The position numbers and the translations under genes are program-made. A DNA stretch of 64,000 bases from a virus: positions 1 to 64,000 of the IMG/VR virus record IMGVR_UViG_3300020061_000004. One strand, given 5' to 3'. Below the pieces are notes generated by a model that saw nothing but the letters and a program-made list of their open reading frames with translations, was not told the DNA's origin and searched no databases. Shown one piece after another: positions 49,201-58,898 of this stretch (position 1 is the first letter of the stretch; every line of letters begins with the position of its first letter).

Positions 49201-50638
49201 GTTGTGCTTGTACTTGAGTCTGAGGAGTTGATCCAGATACTGGAGCTTGAGGGTTGCCTGTAGCAGCCTGAGATGCAGCTTGTGTAGCTTTATTCTGTGC
49301 AGATGTTGCAGGATTAGCAATTACACCATTCTTATTGAACTTCAGCTGTCCAGAGGCATCTTTAGACACACTATATCCCATTTGAGTATAACGATCAGCT
49401 ATCTGCTGTTCAGCAGGACTAAATCCACCACCAGCTTGTGCAGCAGGTTTCTGCTGTACGTTTGTGTTTGGTGTACTATAATAGTTAGCTACAGGATCAA
49501 GATTAAAACGTCCTGTCTTCTGACGAAGTATATCTGTTGGATCATTCTGATTAACTGGACTACCATAGAACCCTTGAATTAATTGCTCAGGAGTTCTTCC
49601 TTGAGGCTGTGTAGCCTTATAGATATAAGCCTTCTGTATAAGTGCTTGCTGATCAGGTGTATATACACCTTGAGTATTAGTACGTTTATTATTAGCTAAT
49701 ACACTATTAATATCATCTGCAAAGTATGCTTCATTAATTCCACTAGCATGAGAAGCACCAATATTCTGCTGAGTAAATCCTCCACCAGTTTGTGCAAGTA
49801 AATTACCTATTTCATCTTCATCATCATATGTACTATCCCATCCCATATCATCCCACTGCCCTACATTTCCACCAAGCTGTCCTTTATGAAGATCACCACT
49901 CTTGAAACGACGAGCAAGAGCTTTACGACGAGGAGTACAAGTACTTTTCGACATTGGTGTACAATATCCTTTATGTGCTGGATTGATAGCACCTTTAATC
50001 CATCCACCAGCTTTGAATTCTGTTAGAACATCTCCACTATAATCATTTGTATCTTCTGGATTAGTATATGTTAAACCAGCATCAGGTTGTTGTCCACCTA
50101 CTTGATATTTCTTCTTAGTCTTTCCTCCCATTTTAAAATAGGCAGGATTATTATTATTTCCTTGACTTTCCATATTCTCATACCCATTACCTTGGCGCTG
50201 CTGAAGATATTGATTAAATTCATTCCTAGATGCTTTATTGCTAGCAATTGTATTTGCAATAGCTGTAGTAGCAGAAGCAGCCGCATTGAATCCTTCTACT
50301 AGAGGATTAAGTTTCCTTGTAGCAAGATTCCAAGGTTGAGGTCCTTGATTAGATTGTCCTTGTTGGGTAGCAGGACCATGGGTTCCCGGATTACCGGGCT
50401 GTTCAGGTTGTTTAGAATAATTACTAGGGTCTAGTACATTAGCTCTTTGAGGGAGAGTTGCCCTTTTAGATACAATATCTGGCATATTAGGAACATCTAC
50501 ATTTTCAGTAGGTGCTATTCCTAATTTATCATTCATATAGTTACCATATGTAGGATCAACCAAATTGTTTAATTGATTAGAAGTATTAGTTCCAACCTGA
50601 GCTTTCTTTATTGAATATTTTTTCTTAGTCTTTTGCAT
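46238..50638 (-). CDS. Cargo polyprotein with lysozyme/SLT-like domain and repeated xxGG motifs
   Basis: AARQNKLNPALLYSSAMEEG...ANYNGGEG, plus NVEAEKGE...THEQGG and many K/Q-x-GG motifs. Confidence 0.7.
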   Translation of the reverse strand: MQKTKKKYSIKKAQVGTNTSNQLNNLVDPTYGNYMNDKLGIAPTENVDVPNMPDIVSKRATLPQRANVLDPSNYSKQPEQPGNPGTHGPATQQGQSNQGPQPWNLATRKLNPLVEGFNAAASATTAIANTIASNKASRNEFNQYLQQRQGNGYENMESQGNNNNPAYFKMGGKTKKKYQVGGQQPDAGLTYTNPEDTNDYSGDVLTEFKAGGWIKGAINPAHKGYCTPMSKSTCTPRRKALARRFKSGDLHKGQLGGNVGQWDDMGWDSTYDDEDEIGNLLAQTGGGFTQQNIGASHASGINEAYFADDINSVLANNKRTNTQGVYTPDQQALIQKAYIYKATQPQGRTPEQLIQGFYGSPVNQNDPTDILRQKTGRFNLDPVANYYSTPNTNVQQKPAAQAGGGFSPAEQQIADRYTQMGYSVSKDASGQLKFNKNGVIANPATSAQNKATQAASQAATGNPQAPVSGSTPQTQVQAQQSAGQFPTKDALRKKYANNPYLSDQGRYNWGNKLDTEFQSSQGNVRDAVYSAARQNKLNPALLYSSAMEEGMSGSVDKKASGNASEAYVDWVSKNKDKAADYPVDGFYNYGLDTFAGNAKDLEKEGYLPKGFSNNFTTFDASTKNESSSGMDLKAPAFKTDADALMAKSAMMRQSQDQLAAYTKQSGVKLTPKQQDFFLLANYNGGEGNMQKMIKSYQDKGYLKDDSFIDNASFKPASYSSIYNNVQARLQSAKELNDEGYFKDYNANPTPAQNSTVTQPAAPTSTMKAGGLSRSSDYGSKSHPYPMVKKVDFAGGNRSYPIPTKADGRDALRLAGLHHRPDVKAKVYAKYPSLKKQYGGVGTSGDLYNDLSEYEIDKNMIMQAGGIQQVGGLPDSMADRANVEAEKGEVYTDQQGNMQQVDPNGNTHEQGGEMLPDVHRVLENTSRLRGDKISKYLRLNPEQIKVLTGLDTNSSMSHAQALIEGNANLEKERGKLVKNIELAGKGKNYLDKYAQNSTKLNIDSFQAIPTKEELFNRLFDHQEMTKAALGINNDGSSDQEMKYGGKKYTMKAQNGVTAYPGNKSGQTTPAGNSDAFPDNTTVDEYVDQLKKAGVNVANVKSNADLQRAAYTFALKNNPDAIRQMWQEGIQNQGYDKAVKAGLVYDKDDATSGVKRGQFKPGVLQDPENLQKLAELYPDNNLGKRLVNLAVGPRMWTDNDIPPQKQAPRQYNDKVQPSPIVNNLQRVPQPKSNFNQPLNWYDLASPIGAYVAGSERLAEKYNPTKINQLQLHQVDPTAALNANETDFNTAVKAVQETAPNNIGAQLANISNLASRKYALNNQVIGNYENQNAQIKNQEIQYNTQARDRQAQSDQQSREAFEEKVLTGKAKQQEQKLTALDSLYKTVAENAALNRNGDLIQKMSKAFDQYGNYNGYNPTFTANTPIQPNQYTAPQNMSAKGVTTFTPGKSYKLAGKVFRYDGNNLVEVK

Positions 50639-51507
50639 TATATTCTTTTTTCGTATACTTTACCAGTAAATTGTGCAGTGTCTTGTGGACCCCTTAATAT
50701 TTTATATTTACTACCATCTGATACAGCTACAGGATTTCCACTATCTAATCCTCTTATTGTATTAGTACCTTTTAGATTTAATACTGCTCTCTGATAGTTG
50801 TCATTATTCAAACCTTGCCTTTGTGTTGCTTCATCATCAGCATATAAAGTTTTACCTCCTGTTTGATAATCTGTATTATAAGCACCACCAGCTTTATATC
50901 CTACATTATAGACTCCTCCTGCTTTTGCAGTGGGAGTTACATTTATACCCATCTTTTGAGCTATTGGATCATTACTAATAGTGTTAATTGCAGTATTTTG
51001 AATATCCTGATAAGTAGTATCTGATCTACCTCCGGGTCCATAAGGAAGTTGAGGAGTATACTTCTGAGAAGGTCTTGTAGAAGCATACTTAATATTATTT
51101 ATCTGATTCTTTAACCAAGGCGCACTTTGTTGAGAATATACTGTACTAGCATTCCCTAATGTTCCTCCGCCATACTGCATCTGTGGTTTAGAGGATTGAG
51201 GTTGCTGTTGAGTATCTCCCATGATATACCCCATCAATTGGTAATCTGTGTCTGTTAACTCTTCATTCTCAAAATCATGAGTATCTGTAGCCATTTTCTC
51301 AGAATCAGAATCAGATAATTCCTCATGTTCAGTATCATCCATTTCTGTTAGATCATTAAGATCATCATCATCTAGTTGTTGTAGATCATTAATGTCATTA
51401 GGATCACCATTCTGTGTAGCTGCTTGGCTACTCATCATATTGATCATCCCTTGCTGCTGAGCAATCTGAGGATCAAGAGTTGTAGTATCTAAGAAATCAA
51501 AAGCCAT
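50638..51507 (-). CDS. Putative internal virion protein
   Basis: Acidic N-terminus. QYGG, KAGG, KAGG and QTGG motifs. Confidence 0.6.
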   Translation of the reverse strand: MAFDFLDTTTLDPQIAQQQGMINMMSSQAATQNGDPNDINDLQQLDDDDLNDLTEMDDTEHEELSDSDSEKMATDTHDFENEELTDTDYQLMGYIMGDTQQQPQSSKPQMQYGGGTLGNASTVYSQQSAPWLKNQINNIKYASTRPSQKYTPQLPYGPGGRSDTTYQDIQNTAINTISNDPIAQKMGINVTPTAKAGGVYNVGYKAGGAYNTDYQTGGKTLYADDEATQRQGLNNDNYQRAVLNLKGTNTIRGLDSGNPVAVSDGSKYKILRGPQDTAQFTGKVYEKRI

Positions 51508-54500
51508 TATCTATATGTTTTTACTTCGTGGTTTACAAGCCATTTAAAAATGAATTTATAGTTAGAAGTAGCATCATTACTCAACTTCACTCTACAATAT
51601 TCTCCTCTTATTCTTCTTTTATTTAAATCAGGCATTTGGTAGTCCAAAGCCTTATTATTAAGCTTTTTCTCTGTATTTGCACAGTTATTAAGCCATAATG
51701 GCATGTTATTTAGCCTATTATTTACAATATCATAGAAGGTATTTATTCTCCATATTCCGTCTGCATTAGTGACTCTAATTGTAGTAGAGTCTATATTCTG
51801 TATTGGGAACTGACGAAGAGTGTTTAAGTTCCTCTTGTCATGATATTCTAAGTTTAATTGGCCAGAGTTCTGGTTTTGTGTGAATACCACTGCTTTGTTG
51901 AATGTCTTATCGATGGTATAATAAGGATCAAACTGATTATGATATCTAATAACGTCGAGGCCATATTCTATTGAGTTTTGGTTGTTTTTATTAATATCTG
52001 GTTTGGTGATTGTTTGTATTGTAAATGGATATAGTTTACCACCAAATACCTGATATGATTTATTTGTTTGATTATGTATTGAAGCTGTACTTGTTGCACT
52101 ATTACTACCACTTATGAAGTAATCTACTCCTTCTATATAATAGTTAGGAAGATATGAATGATAACTAACCCAACTCTTTAAGAAGAAGTTATAAGAAATA
52201 GTCCAACTCTTATTGCAAAAGTACTTAATATCTGTGAGATTAACAACTGTTCTTGTAGGAACAGTAGGAATAAAGAATACTTTAGCAATTGGGTCCCATT
52301 CAACAGTTGGATCAATTACTTTATAGTCTAATTTAGTGATTAAAAAGCGGTTAAAACGCTTATCAAAACACAATGTAGTTCCTACACCCTTAAAACTATT
52401 ATCAAGATCACTATCAGTCATAGATGGAAAATCCTTAAGAAGTTGGAAGGGAAGGTTCTCTTTAAACCAGTTCTTCATACCATTCTTAGAGATTTCATCA
52501 AGTCCTTCTGGTGATAAGTTAAATATCTGGCCACGTTTAGAATCTACCCAAATATGTCCATATTCAGTATTTAATATAAACTGACTCTGAGCACCACCAT
52601 ATCCTAATGTAGTATGAGAATACTCTTGAGGCTTTGATGCAAACATACCTCCAGTACCAACCTGAATACTATCAGGGGTATTGGTTGGGATGGTGATGTA
52701 TGCATTAAAGATTTGAAAAGTATTCTCTGATCTTACTAATACTTTATCATTCTCAATACCATCCACTGCTATAAGTTTACCATTAGAAAGAGGGAAGTTA
52801 TAGAAGTCATTTGGTCTGTAATTCAACCAATTAGGACCATTAGAGAAAATAATTCCATTAGGGAAGTTTACTCTACATTGTCTATTTGGCTGGAAATCAG
52901 GAGGATATTGTCCATAAAAATGCTCCTCATTCTGTTTAGAATAAGTATTATTATAAAAGAAGGTATTATCTTCAGAAGGTGGAACATTTTTCTCTTGTAA
53001 CCAGAAGTTTAAATCTGTTGTATGAGGATAGAAATCTCCTTGTAGACTATTCTGAGCAGTTCTAAAGTCTACATCTCTATCACTCTCTACTAAGAAATAG
53101 GGAATACCATAGTTATATAGATACATTACACCATTCTGATAGAAGAACTTTTCTGTCTTACAATCTAAGTTAGAATTAGGACGACCTAATATTTGCCAAG
53201 GATTAGTGAATAAATCAGTAATATTTCCTGATGTTAATGCTTGTGCAATACCTGTTGTTGTTTGATACCAATAACGAGGATATCCTACATTTCCAAGAAT
53301 TGTATAGTCTATATCAGCACCATCGATATTTCTAAAGTTTGTAGATATCCAGAAGGAATGCTTACGTTTTATAGCAAATCTGTTGATGAATACATCACCT
53401 CCAAATATATTAAGCTGACAATCCACATAAGTATTATTCTTAAAGTAAATACATGATCCAGTATCTATATACTGTATATCATTAATATTACCATATTGAT
53501 CAGGTACATAGTTCTTTATAGAGCCATAATAAGAGGATATTTGGCTTGTATATATTTGATTAATGTGATTACTAAAGTCATCATTAGCATTCATTATAAA
53601 CCTTGATCCATCTACATTTGTAGGAGCTGGAAAGGCTGTATTAGTTTCTAATGTCTTTAAGTATAATGAACTTTCTCTGTTAAAGTTATTAAAATGAATA
53701 GTACTTTGTCCACTAATAAGACCTGTTATATTCTCATTAATAAGACTTAATTCAGGTTTTAAATAGGAATAATTCTCTATTTCTCTTCTTTTAAATCCCG
53801 AATTAGTTACATTTGAGTAGTTATTATATATACCTACAGCTTGTGCCTGTACTGCATAGTTCTTATAAGGAACCAAACTCTTTATCAGATCAATAATTAC
53901 ATTTGTTTCAGTTAATACTAATGCAAACTGATTAAATGCATTCTGCGCCAATATAAGCGCATTAAAGGCAGGATCCATTCCCGGGTAAAGTCCACTCTTA
54001 ATCTGTTGTGGTGTACCTTGTATTGTCGTTATATTACGTTCAGCTATTCTTGTACCAACACCAGCTAATGATCCAATATCTACACCTGTAGATGGATTCC
54101 AAAATGGTCCTGATAATGTAGCAGGAGGAGATGAAGGATCAGCAGGGTCTCCAAGTTGAGATGAAGATTGAATATCTCTTTCATCTATATTTGGTACATC
54201 TGTTGTTCCTGAACCATCCCATGATTCTGGTGTTGAAATAGTAGTTATTTCTCCTGTTCCTTCAGCCAGTGTTCCTGAAACAATACCAACAGGGATATTA
54301 CCACTTGCATCTGTATCTGTAGTATATGCATTTACTCTCTTTACAACATCCGCTCTAACTGTGTAGTTTTCTGTCTGTTGTGGCTGATATGATGTAAGCA
54401 TAGCAACAAGACCACCTGCAAGAGCTAAAGCATATGCAAATGCAGAAAGCATCTTTTCTTTTGCTTGTAGGTCTGCATAGTTGAAATAAGTGTTTGCTGT

Positions 54501-56642
54501 ACCATATTCCTCAGTTTCAATCTTTATTTCATCTCCTATTGTAGGATTTGCAAAACTTGTATCTGGGCTATGAAATGTATATCTTTTACTTGCAGAGAAT
54601 GTAATAGGAGGACCAGAAGGTTCATCATTATTAGAGCTACCTACATATCCTGCATTAGAATTTGAGATAAATGGATCATCTCTAAGATCATTAAATGGAT
54701 AGTTAGGGTAATACCAATCCTGATTTGTTGTCTGAGTGGTATTATACTTCCATACATCGTATAATAAGCCTTTAGCTACTACTGATTTATGTCCAAATCT
54801 ATTTCCTCTTACTATTCTATATCCAACAATTCTATCAGCTTGTGCTTGTGTAATTACTCCTGCTGTAACAGAAGCAGTAATAGAATCTACAACACTCTGA
54901 TGATCAATTCTTACACCTAAAGGAAAGACAATGTTCTTATCATTATATCCTTTAGTTCCACTAAGTCCATCATGGATATGGGAAACGAGAGAATCAGGCA
55001 TTTTATGATGTCTGATAGGTTGTCCACAAAGATCACCAAATAAGTCAGGACGATTCGGATATAAATCTGTCGATTCCCAGTATGAGAAGTCACCATATTG
55101 AAAACATCTATCATCATCACAAGTTGAAAGAATATTTGGATTAGGATTCGTGAATATCAGTTGTGCTGTATTATATACCTGCCAAGTCTTGTTTCTAGGG
55201 TCTCCTGTACATGAAGGATCACTAATAACATCAGCATTAGTTACAATAGCATTGACATTTATACCATACTGAGACTGAAAATAAGCAGCAGAAGGACCAG
55301 GAATATGTCCTACAACACTTTCTTCGCCTGTATCATAGATAAGAACAAGACCAAATGCATATACTTCATCCCTCATATAGGAACGAAACTTATTTACAAA
55401 TCTTGCGGCTCTATAAGCAGGTTCTGGAATAGCAGCACTCTGCCAGAATAGTTTTACATTATTAGAGATAAGTTGTATGTTTAACTTATCTGATTGTTCT
55501 AAGTCTCCCCAGAATAAGAAGTTATTTGATGAAGCTACAATACCAGCTTTTTGATAGTATACTTTAGCTTCGAATAAGTCAGCTTCTGTTATAGCACGTG
55601 TAGCCTTCTCATTACCAGAATATGTTATAATTTTCTGTGTTATAGGAAATGTACCAACAAAATCAATACTAGTGACACTATTAATAGTCTTTATTACTAC
55701 TAAATTATAGAATAAAAGAGGAGATTGAAAGTCCAGATTATCTATCTGAATCTTTATAGCCTGATCTGTTATATAATCTGTTTCAAAAGTTTCTTCTCTG
55801 GTGAAGATAGGAATTGGATTAGTAGCAGGGAAATAAGGACTTCTTTTTAGTCCAGATTCTTCTGCAAAAGATATAGCAAATTGATATACTCCAGCTTTAA
55901 GTGATCCACCAGATACAACATCAATAAGTTCAATACAAGGATATTCAATAACAGGATCAAGTAGTGTTTTATTACAATCTAACTCATTAGCATAGATTGG
56001 TACATCACAATTATCTGGATCAGTGCCAGTTACTACTTTAAATAATATATCTAAGGTTAAAGGTTGTGTAGGATCATCATTTACATAATCAAACATTATA
56101 TAACGATATGGATTTAATCCATCTGCAAAGTATATAGAAAGATTACATGGTTCTAATCTATAGACTATCCTTACAGGATGATCTATAGAGAAATTCATAC
56201 AATTTGTTGTTATAATTGTCTGATAACTACAGCAGTTAGGAATCTTCATATTCTGAAGTTCGGATTGTACTGGAACATATTCTGCTCCACAATCATCACA
56301 TTTTGCTGTATTACTATCACTATCTCCTAGTCTTTCATCACAATCCCCTTTACCTATAATCTCTCCTATTTCTGATTCTCCTGTTATAGGATTAACAAGT
56401 ATAAGAAGTATTCTCTGTTGTTCTATAACATTTGCATACCCTATCACTTGTTTTCCAGCAGGAAAGCCAGCACAAGGAAGATTACTACCTTCATTCTGTA
56501 AAAGAGGAAAACCATTACCACTAAATTCTTCAACTACTGCATTTAAAGCAAAGTCATACCCTTGTTCACCCAGATTTTGTGGATGAAGATCAGTATTCAT
56601 ACCCTTTACAGGTGTTGAAATGTTGCTGGTATTATTAGGCAT
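51507..56642 (-). CDS. Tail stabilisation/muzzle protein (P22 gp10-like)
   Basis: KGMNTD...ALNA N-terminus, RDEVYAFG, FGGDVFI and WVSYHSYLP motifs. Size and synteny match crAss-like tails. Confidence 0.8.
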   Translation of the reverse strand: MPNNTSNISTPVKGMNTDLHPQNLGEQGYDFALNAVVEEFSGNGFPLLQNEGSNLPCAGFPAGKQVIGYANVIEQQRILLILVNPITGESEIGEIIGKGDCDERLGDSDSNTAKCDDCGAEYVPVQSELQNMKIPNCCSYQTIITTNCMNFSIDHPVRIVYRLEPCNLSIYFADGLNPYRYIMFDYVNDDPTQPLTLDILFKVVTGTDPDNCDVPIYANELDCNKTLLDPVIEYPCIELIDVVSGGSLKAGVYQFAISFAEESGLKRSPYFPATNPIPIFTREETFETDYITDQAIKIQIDNLDFQSPLLFYNLVVIKTINSVTSIDFVGTFPITQKIITYSGNEKATRAITEADLFEAKVYYQKAGIVASSNNFLFWGDLEQSDKLNIQLISNNVKLFWQSAAIPEPAYRAARFVNKFRSYMRDEVYAFGLVLIYDTGEESVVGHIPGPSAAYFQSQYGINVNAIVTNADVISDPSCTGDPRNKTWQVYNTAQLIFTNPNPNILSTCDDDRCFQYGDFSYWESTDLYPNRPDLFGDLCGQPIRHHKMPDSLVSHIHDGLSGTKGYNDKNIVFPLGVRIDHQSVVDSITASVTAGVITQAQADRIVGYRIVRGNRFGHKSVVAKGLLYDVWKYNTTQTTNQDWYYPNYPFNDLRDDPFISNSNAGYVGSSNNDEPSGPPITFSASKRYTFHSPDTSFANPTIGDEIKIETEEYGTANTYFNYADLQAKEKMLSAFAYALALAGGLVAMLTSYQPQQTENYTVRADVVKRVNAYTTDTDASGNIPVGIVSGTLAEGTGEITTISTPESWDGSGTTDVPNIDERDIQSSSQLGDPADPSSPPATLSGPFWNPSTGVDIGSLAGVGTRIAERNITTIQGTPQQIKSGLYPGMDPAFNALILAQNAFNQFALVLTETNVIIDLIKSLVPYKNYAVQAQAVGIYNNYSNVTNSGFKRREIENYSYLKPELSLINENITGLISGQSTIHFNNFNRESSLYLKTLETNTAFPAPTNVDGSRFIMNANDDFSNHINQIYTSQISSYYGSIKNYVPDQYGNINDIQYIDTGSCIYFKNNTYVDCQLNIFGGDVFINRFAIKRKHSFWISTNFRNIDGADIDYTILGNVGYPRYWYQTTTGIAQALTSGNITDLFTNPWQILGRPNSNLDCKTEKFFYQNGVMYLYNYGIPYFLVESDRDVDFRTAQNSLQGDFYPHTTDLNFWLQEKNVPPSEDNTFFYNNTYSKQNEEHFYGQYPPDFQPNRQCRVNFPNGIIFSNGPNWLNYRPNDFYNFPLSNGKLIAVDGIENDKVLVRSENTFQIFNAYITIPTNTPDSIQVGTGGMFASKPQEYSHTTLGYGGAQSQFILNTEYGHIWVDSKRGQIFNLSPEGLDEISKNGMKNWFKENLPFQLLKDFPSMTDSDLDNSFKGVGTTLCFDKRFNRFLITKLDYKVIDPTVEWDPIAKVFFIPTVPTRTVVNLTDIKYFCNKSWTISYNFFLKSWVSYHSYLPNYYIEGVDYFISGSNSATSTASIHNQTNKSYQVFGGKLYPFTIQTITKPDINKNNQNSIEYGLDVIRYHNQFDPYYTIDKTFNKAVVFTQNQNSGQLNLEYHDKRNLNTLRQFPIQNIDSTTIRVTNADGIWRINTFYDIVNNRLNNMPLWLNNCANTEKKLNNKALDYQMPDLNKRRIRGEYCRVKLSNDATSNYKFIFKWLVNHEVKTYR

Positions 56643-57559
56643 TAACTATTGAAATTAGTCTGATTGTATATTCTAAGATTCTTTCTCTGTACTCTAATAT
56701 AATTGATAGTTTGCTGGAAAGAAGGCATTTTACACCAATAAGCAGCTTGCTTTATTGAATCATCTGAGTTTGCTCTAGCTATCTTATATCTATCATCAAG
56801 ATTAGCTATTACACCATTAAACCAAAGGTCTTCAATTACACGATAGATAATATAGTCTTCCATTGCTTTCTCAATGAATGTATTATGAGGAACCATTGGA
56901 AGTCCTGTCTCTTCATCCATTGCAAAACCATAATATTTCATGAAGATATGTCCATGCTCAAAGTGAGTATGGATAAATCCATTATCAATAGTTATTTCTG
57001 GAGTATCATGATGACGGAAGTTTCTTTCATCAATATCAATATCATGTCGTCCAAACTTCTCAATAGGACGAGCACCTGTTCCTAGTCTAAGTAATGTAGG
57101 ACGTCTATAGTTGAAAGTATTAGGCTTACCATGAATATATGTTCTAGCTCTTAATACTTCACCTTCTACGAAATCAAACTTAGCTGATAAGCAGTTATTA
57201 CCTTTACATTGTACAAATGGCTGCCATGTTTCCTCTAAATACATAGAGAAACCCTCTTGTGGAAAACAGTCTTCTTTAGACTGGCTTGTCATTGTAAGAG
57301 GGTCAGTGGAATAAGCAGCATATAAATACTGGAAGTTGTCAGGAAGAGCTGTCTTATGGTGTTTAACTTCAAGTAATACTTGCCCTTCTTCAGAGATAGA
57401 AACACCTAGTTTTTCAAATACTTCCTTTACATAATAGTAAAAGTCACCTTCATCAATTACACCAGATGCATCAAATGAGCTGAGCCTTTTCTTAATTCTA
57501 GCGAAAAGTCTTTCAGTTGTCTCATATTTGAGCATCTTATTTGGATCAATAACTCCCAT
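56642..57559 (-). CDS. Tail tubular/ring protein (P22 gp4-like)
   Basis: IDNGFIHT...DEETGLPMVP...AMEDYI, directly upstream of the muzzle gene. Confidence 0.7.
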   Translation of the reverse strand: MGVIDPNKMLKYETTERLFARIKKRLSSFDASGVIDEGDFYYYVKEVFEKLGVSISEEGQVLLEVKHHKTALPDNFQYLYAAYSTDPLTMTSQSKEDCFPQEGFSMYLEETWQPFVQCKGNNCLSAKFDFVEGEVLRARTYIHGKPNTFNYRRPTLLRLGTGARPIEKFGRHDIDIDERNFRHHDTPEITIDNGFIHTHFEHGHIFMKYYGFAMDEETGLPMVPHNTFIEKAMEDYIIYRVIEDLWFNGVIANLDDRYKIARANSDDSIKQAAYWCKMPSFQQTINYIRVQRKNLRIYNQTNFNS

Positions 57560-58073
57560 TTTCTTCTAATTTTAGTTTCTTATGAACTAGTTTTTCGAGT
57601 TTATTAAAATCCCAGAAATCTTTAAGAGTCCACTCATTATAATCTTTTTCAGCTCTTATATTTTTAGATACCTCATTTCTAAGATTTCTAAGAGGAGCAA
57701 ACTTATAGACTTCATTAAAGGCAAACCGGGAAATTCCAGTTTTAAACCATTTTATATGATAACGATAGCCAAAACTATGTAGATTTAAGTAGTAAATAGT
57801 CTTACTATACTTCTTAGTATCAGCCCAGTTTATAGCTTTTTTCTTAGTTTTATACTTTATAACACACAGATAACCAAGGTTTTCTGGGAGTTTAAACCCA
57901 TCACTATCTTCTACGATAGCATCAAATATCTTCTTATTAGATACTTTAATTATCTCTGAAAATTGAGAATAACTAATATCACTCTTGGTCTTTTCTTTAT
58001 AAAGTTTCCAGAGAGCTGGAGATAATACTTGATCTCTATCTGGTAGTTGATAATGTGTACCTTTATGCGGCAT
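57546..58073 (-). CDS. IHF/HU-like protein of the crAss tail module
   Basis: Basic protein with FKLPENLGYL...INWADTKK...YKFAP, in the conserved position between ring genes. Confidence 0.65.
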   Translation of the reverse strand: MPHKGTHYQLPDRDQVLSPALWKLYKEKTKSDISYSQFSEIIKVSNKKIFDAIVEDSDGFKLPENLGYLCVIKYKTKKKAINWADTKKYSKTIYYLNLHSFGYRYHIKWFKTGISRFAFNEVYKFAPLRNLRNEVSKNIRAEKDYNEWTLKDFWDFNKLEKLVHKKLKLEENGSY

Positions 58074-58777
58074 TATTGCTTCTCCTTAACTTTTTCGTTA
58101 GTATTCAAGTTTGGAGCTTCATCTACTACATTACGTTTATAGAAGTTAAATAGGTCTTTTAGAGTTTCCTGCTTTACTACAGATACTAGATAGTCAGGAC
58201 ATACAAAGGGTTGATCTAGTATACTTACACATTCCTGTTCACTTTCTGGAATACATGAATTAAGTTTATTAGCCTCAGCAGGTTCTAGGAATACACCTCT
58301 CAGGGTGACAGTAGTTACAAGTGCATCAGGTACAATGAGAAAACCATTCTGAATCCAATAATACTTGATTCTCTTATCATAAAACTCACGATTTAGGATA
58401 TTCTTATACTGTTCTGGGGTGGTGAAAGTGAATTCTCGGGAAAACTTAGGGTTTAATACCTGTAAAAGCTCTCTAAACTTATTCTGAATAAGATCAGGAA
58501 TCTTCTTCCTACTCTTCATTACCATAGTACAATTAGGTATATCAATATCACAGCAGTCTACTAAAGGAACCTCACAAAGTTCTACACAAGACACATTAGT
58601 CCATATCTCTGACATGGTATAAAGCCTACGTGATTCAGAATCTCTATTGATAAATAAGGAAGCAAATGAACGAAGCTTTGATAGAATATACCTTTTACTC
58701 ACTCTATCATCTAAGTTTAAGGCTCTTAGATCGTTCACAATATCGGAGATAATTTCTCTATTAGTTAATGATGCCAT
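58073..58777 (-). CDS. Tail ring/adaptor protein
   Basis: Size, synteny, and YYWIQNGFL...RGVF.EP. Confidence 0.6.
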   Translation of the reverse strand: MASLTNREIISDIVNDLRALNLDDRVSKRYILSKLRSFASLFINRDSESRRLYTMSEIWTNVSCVELCEVPLVDCCDIDIPNCTMVMKSRKKIPDLIQNKFRELLQVLNPKFSREFTFTTPEQYKNILNREFYDKRIKYYWIQNGFLIVPDALVTTVTLRGVFLEPAEANKLNSCIPESEQECVSILDQPFVCPDYLVSVVKQETLKDLFNFYKRNVVDEAPNLNTNEKVKEKQ

Positions 58778-58790
58778 AATGAAAAATAGT

Positions 58791-58831
58791 TACAAATATA
58801 CATTATTTGTATGGTATTATGAAACGTGTAA
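58791..58831 (-). promoter_or_regulatory. Putative late promoter
   Basis: TTACACGTTT-N21-TATATTTGTA, with boxes identical to 31997-32037. Confidence 0.7.
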
Positions 58832-58848
58832 ACAAAAATGGTTATAAT

Positions 58849-58873
58849 AAAAAACCCCTGTAGAAACAGGGGT
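58849..58873 (-). terminator. Intrinsic terminator
   Basis: ACCCCTG-TTTCTA-CAGGGGT followed by a T run on the - strand. Confidence 0.8.
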
Positions 58874-58898
58874 AATTATGATCACTAAACAAGACATT

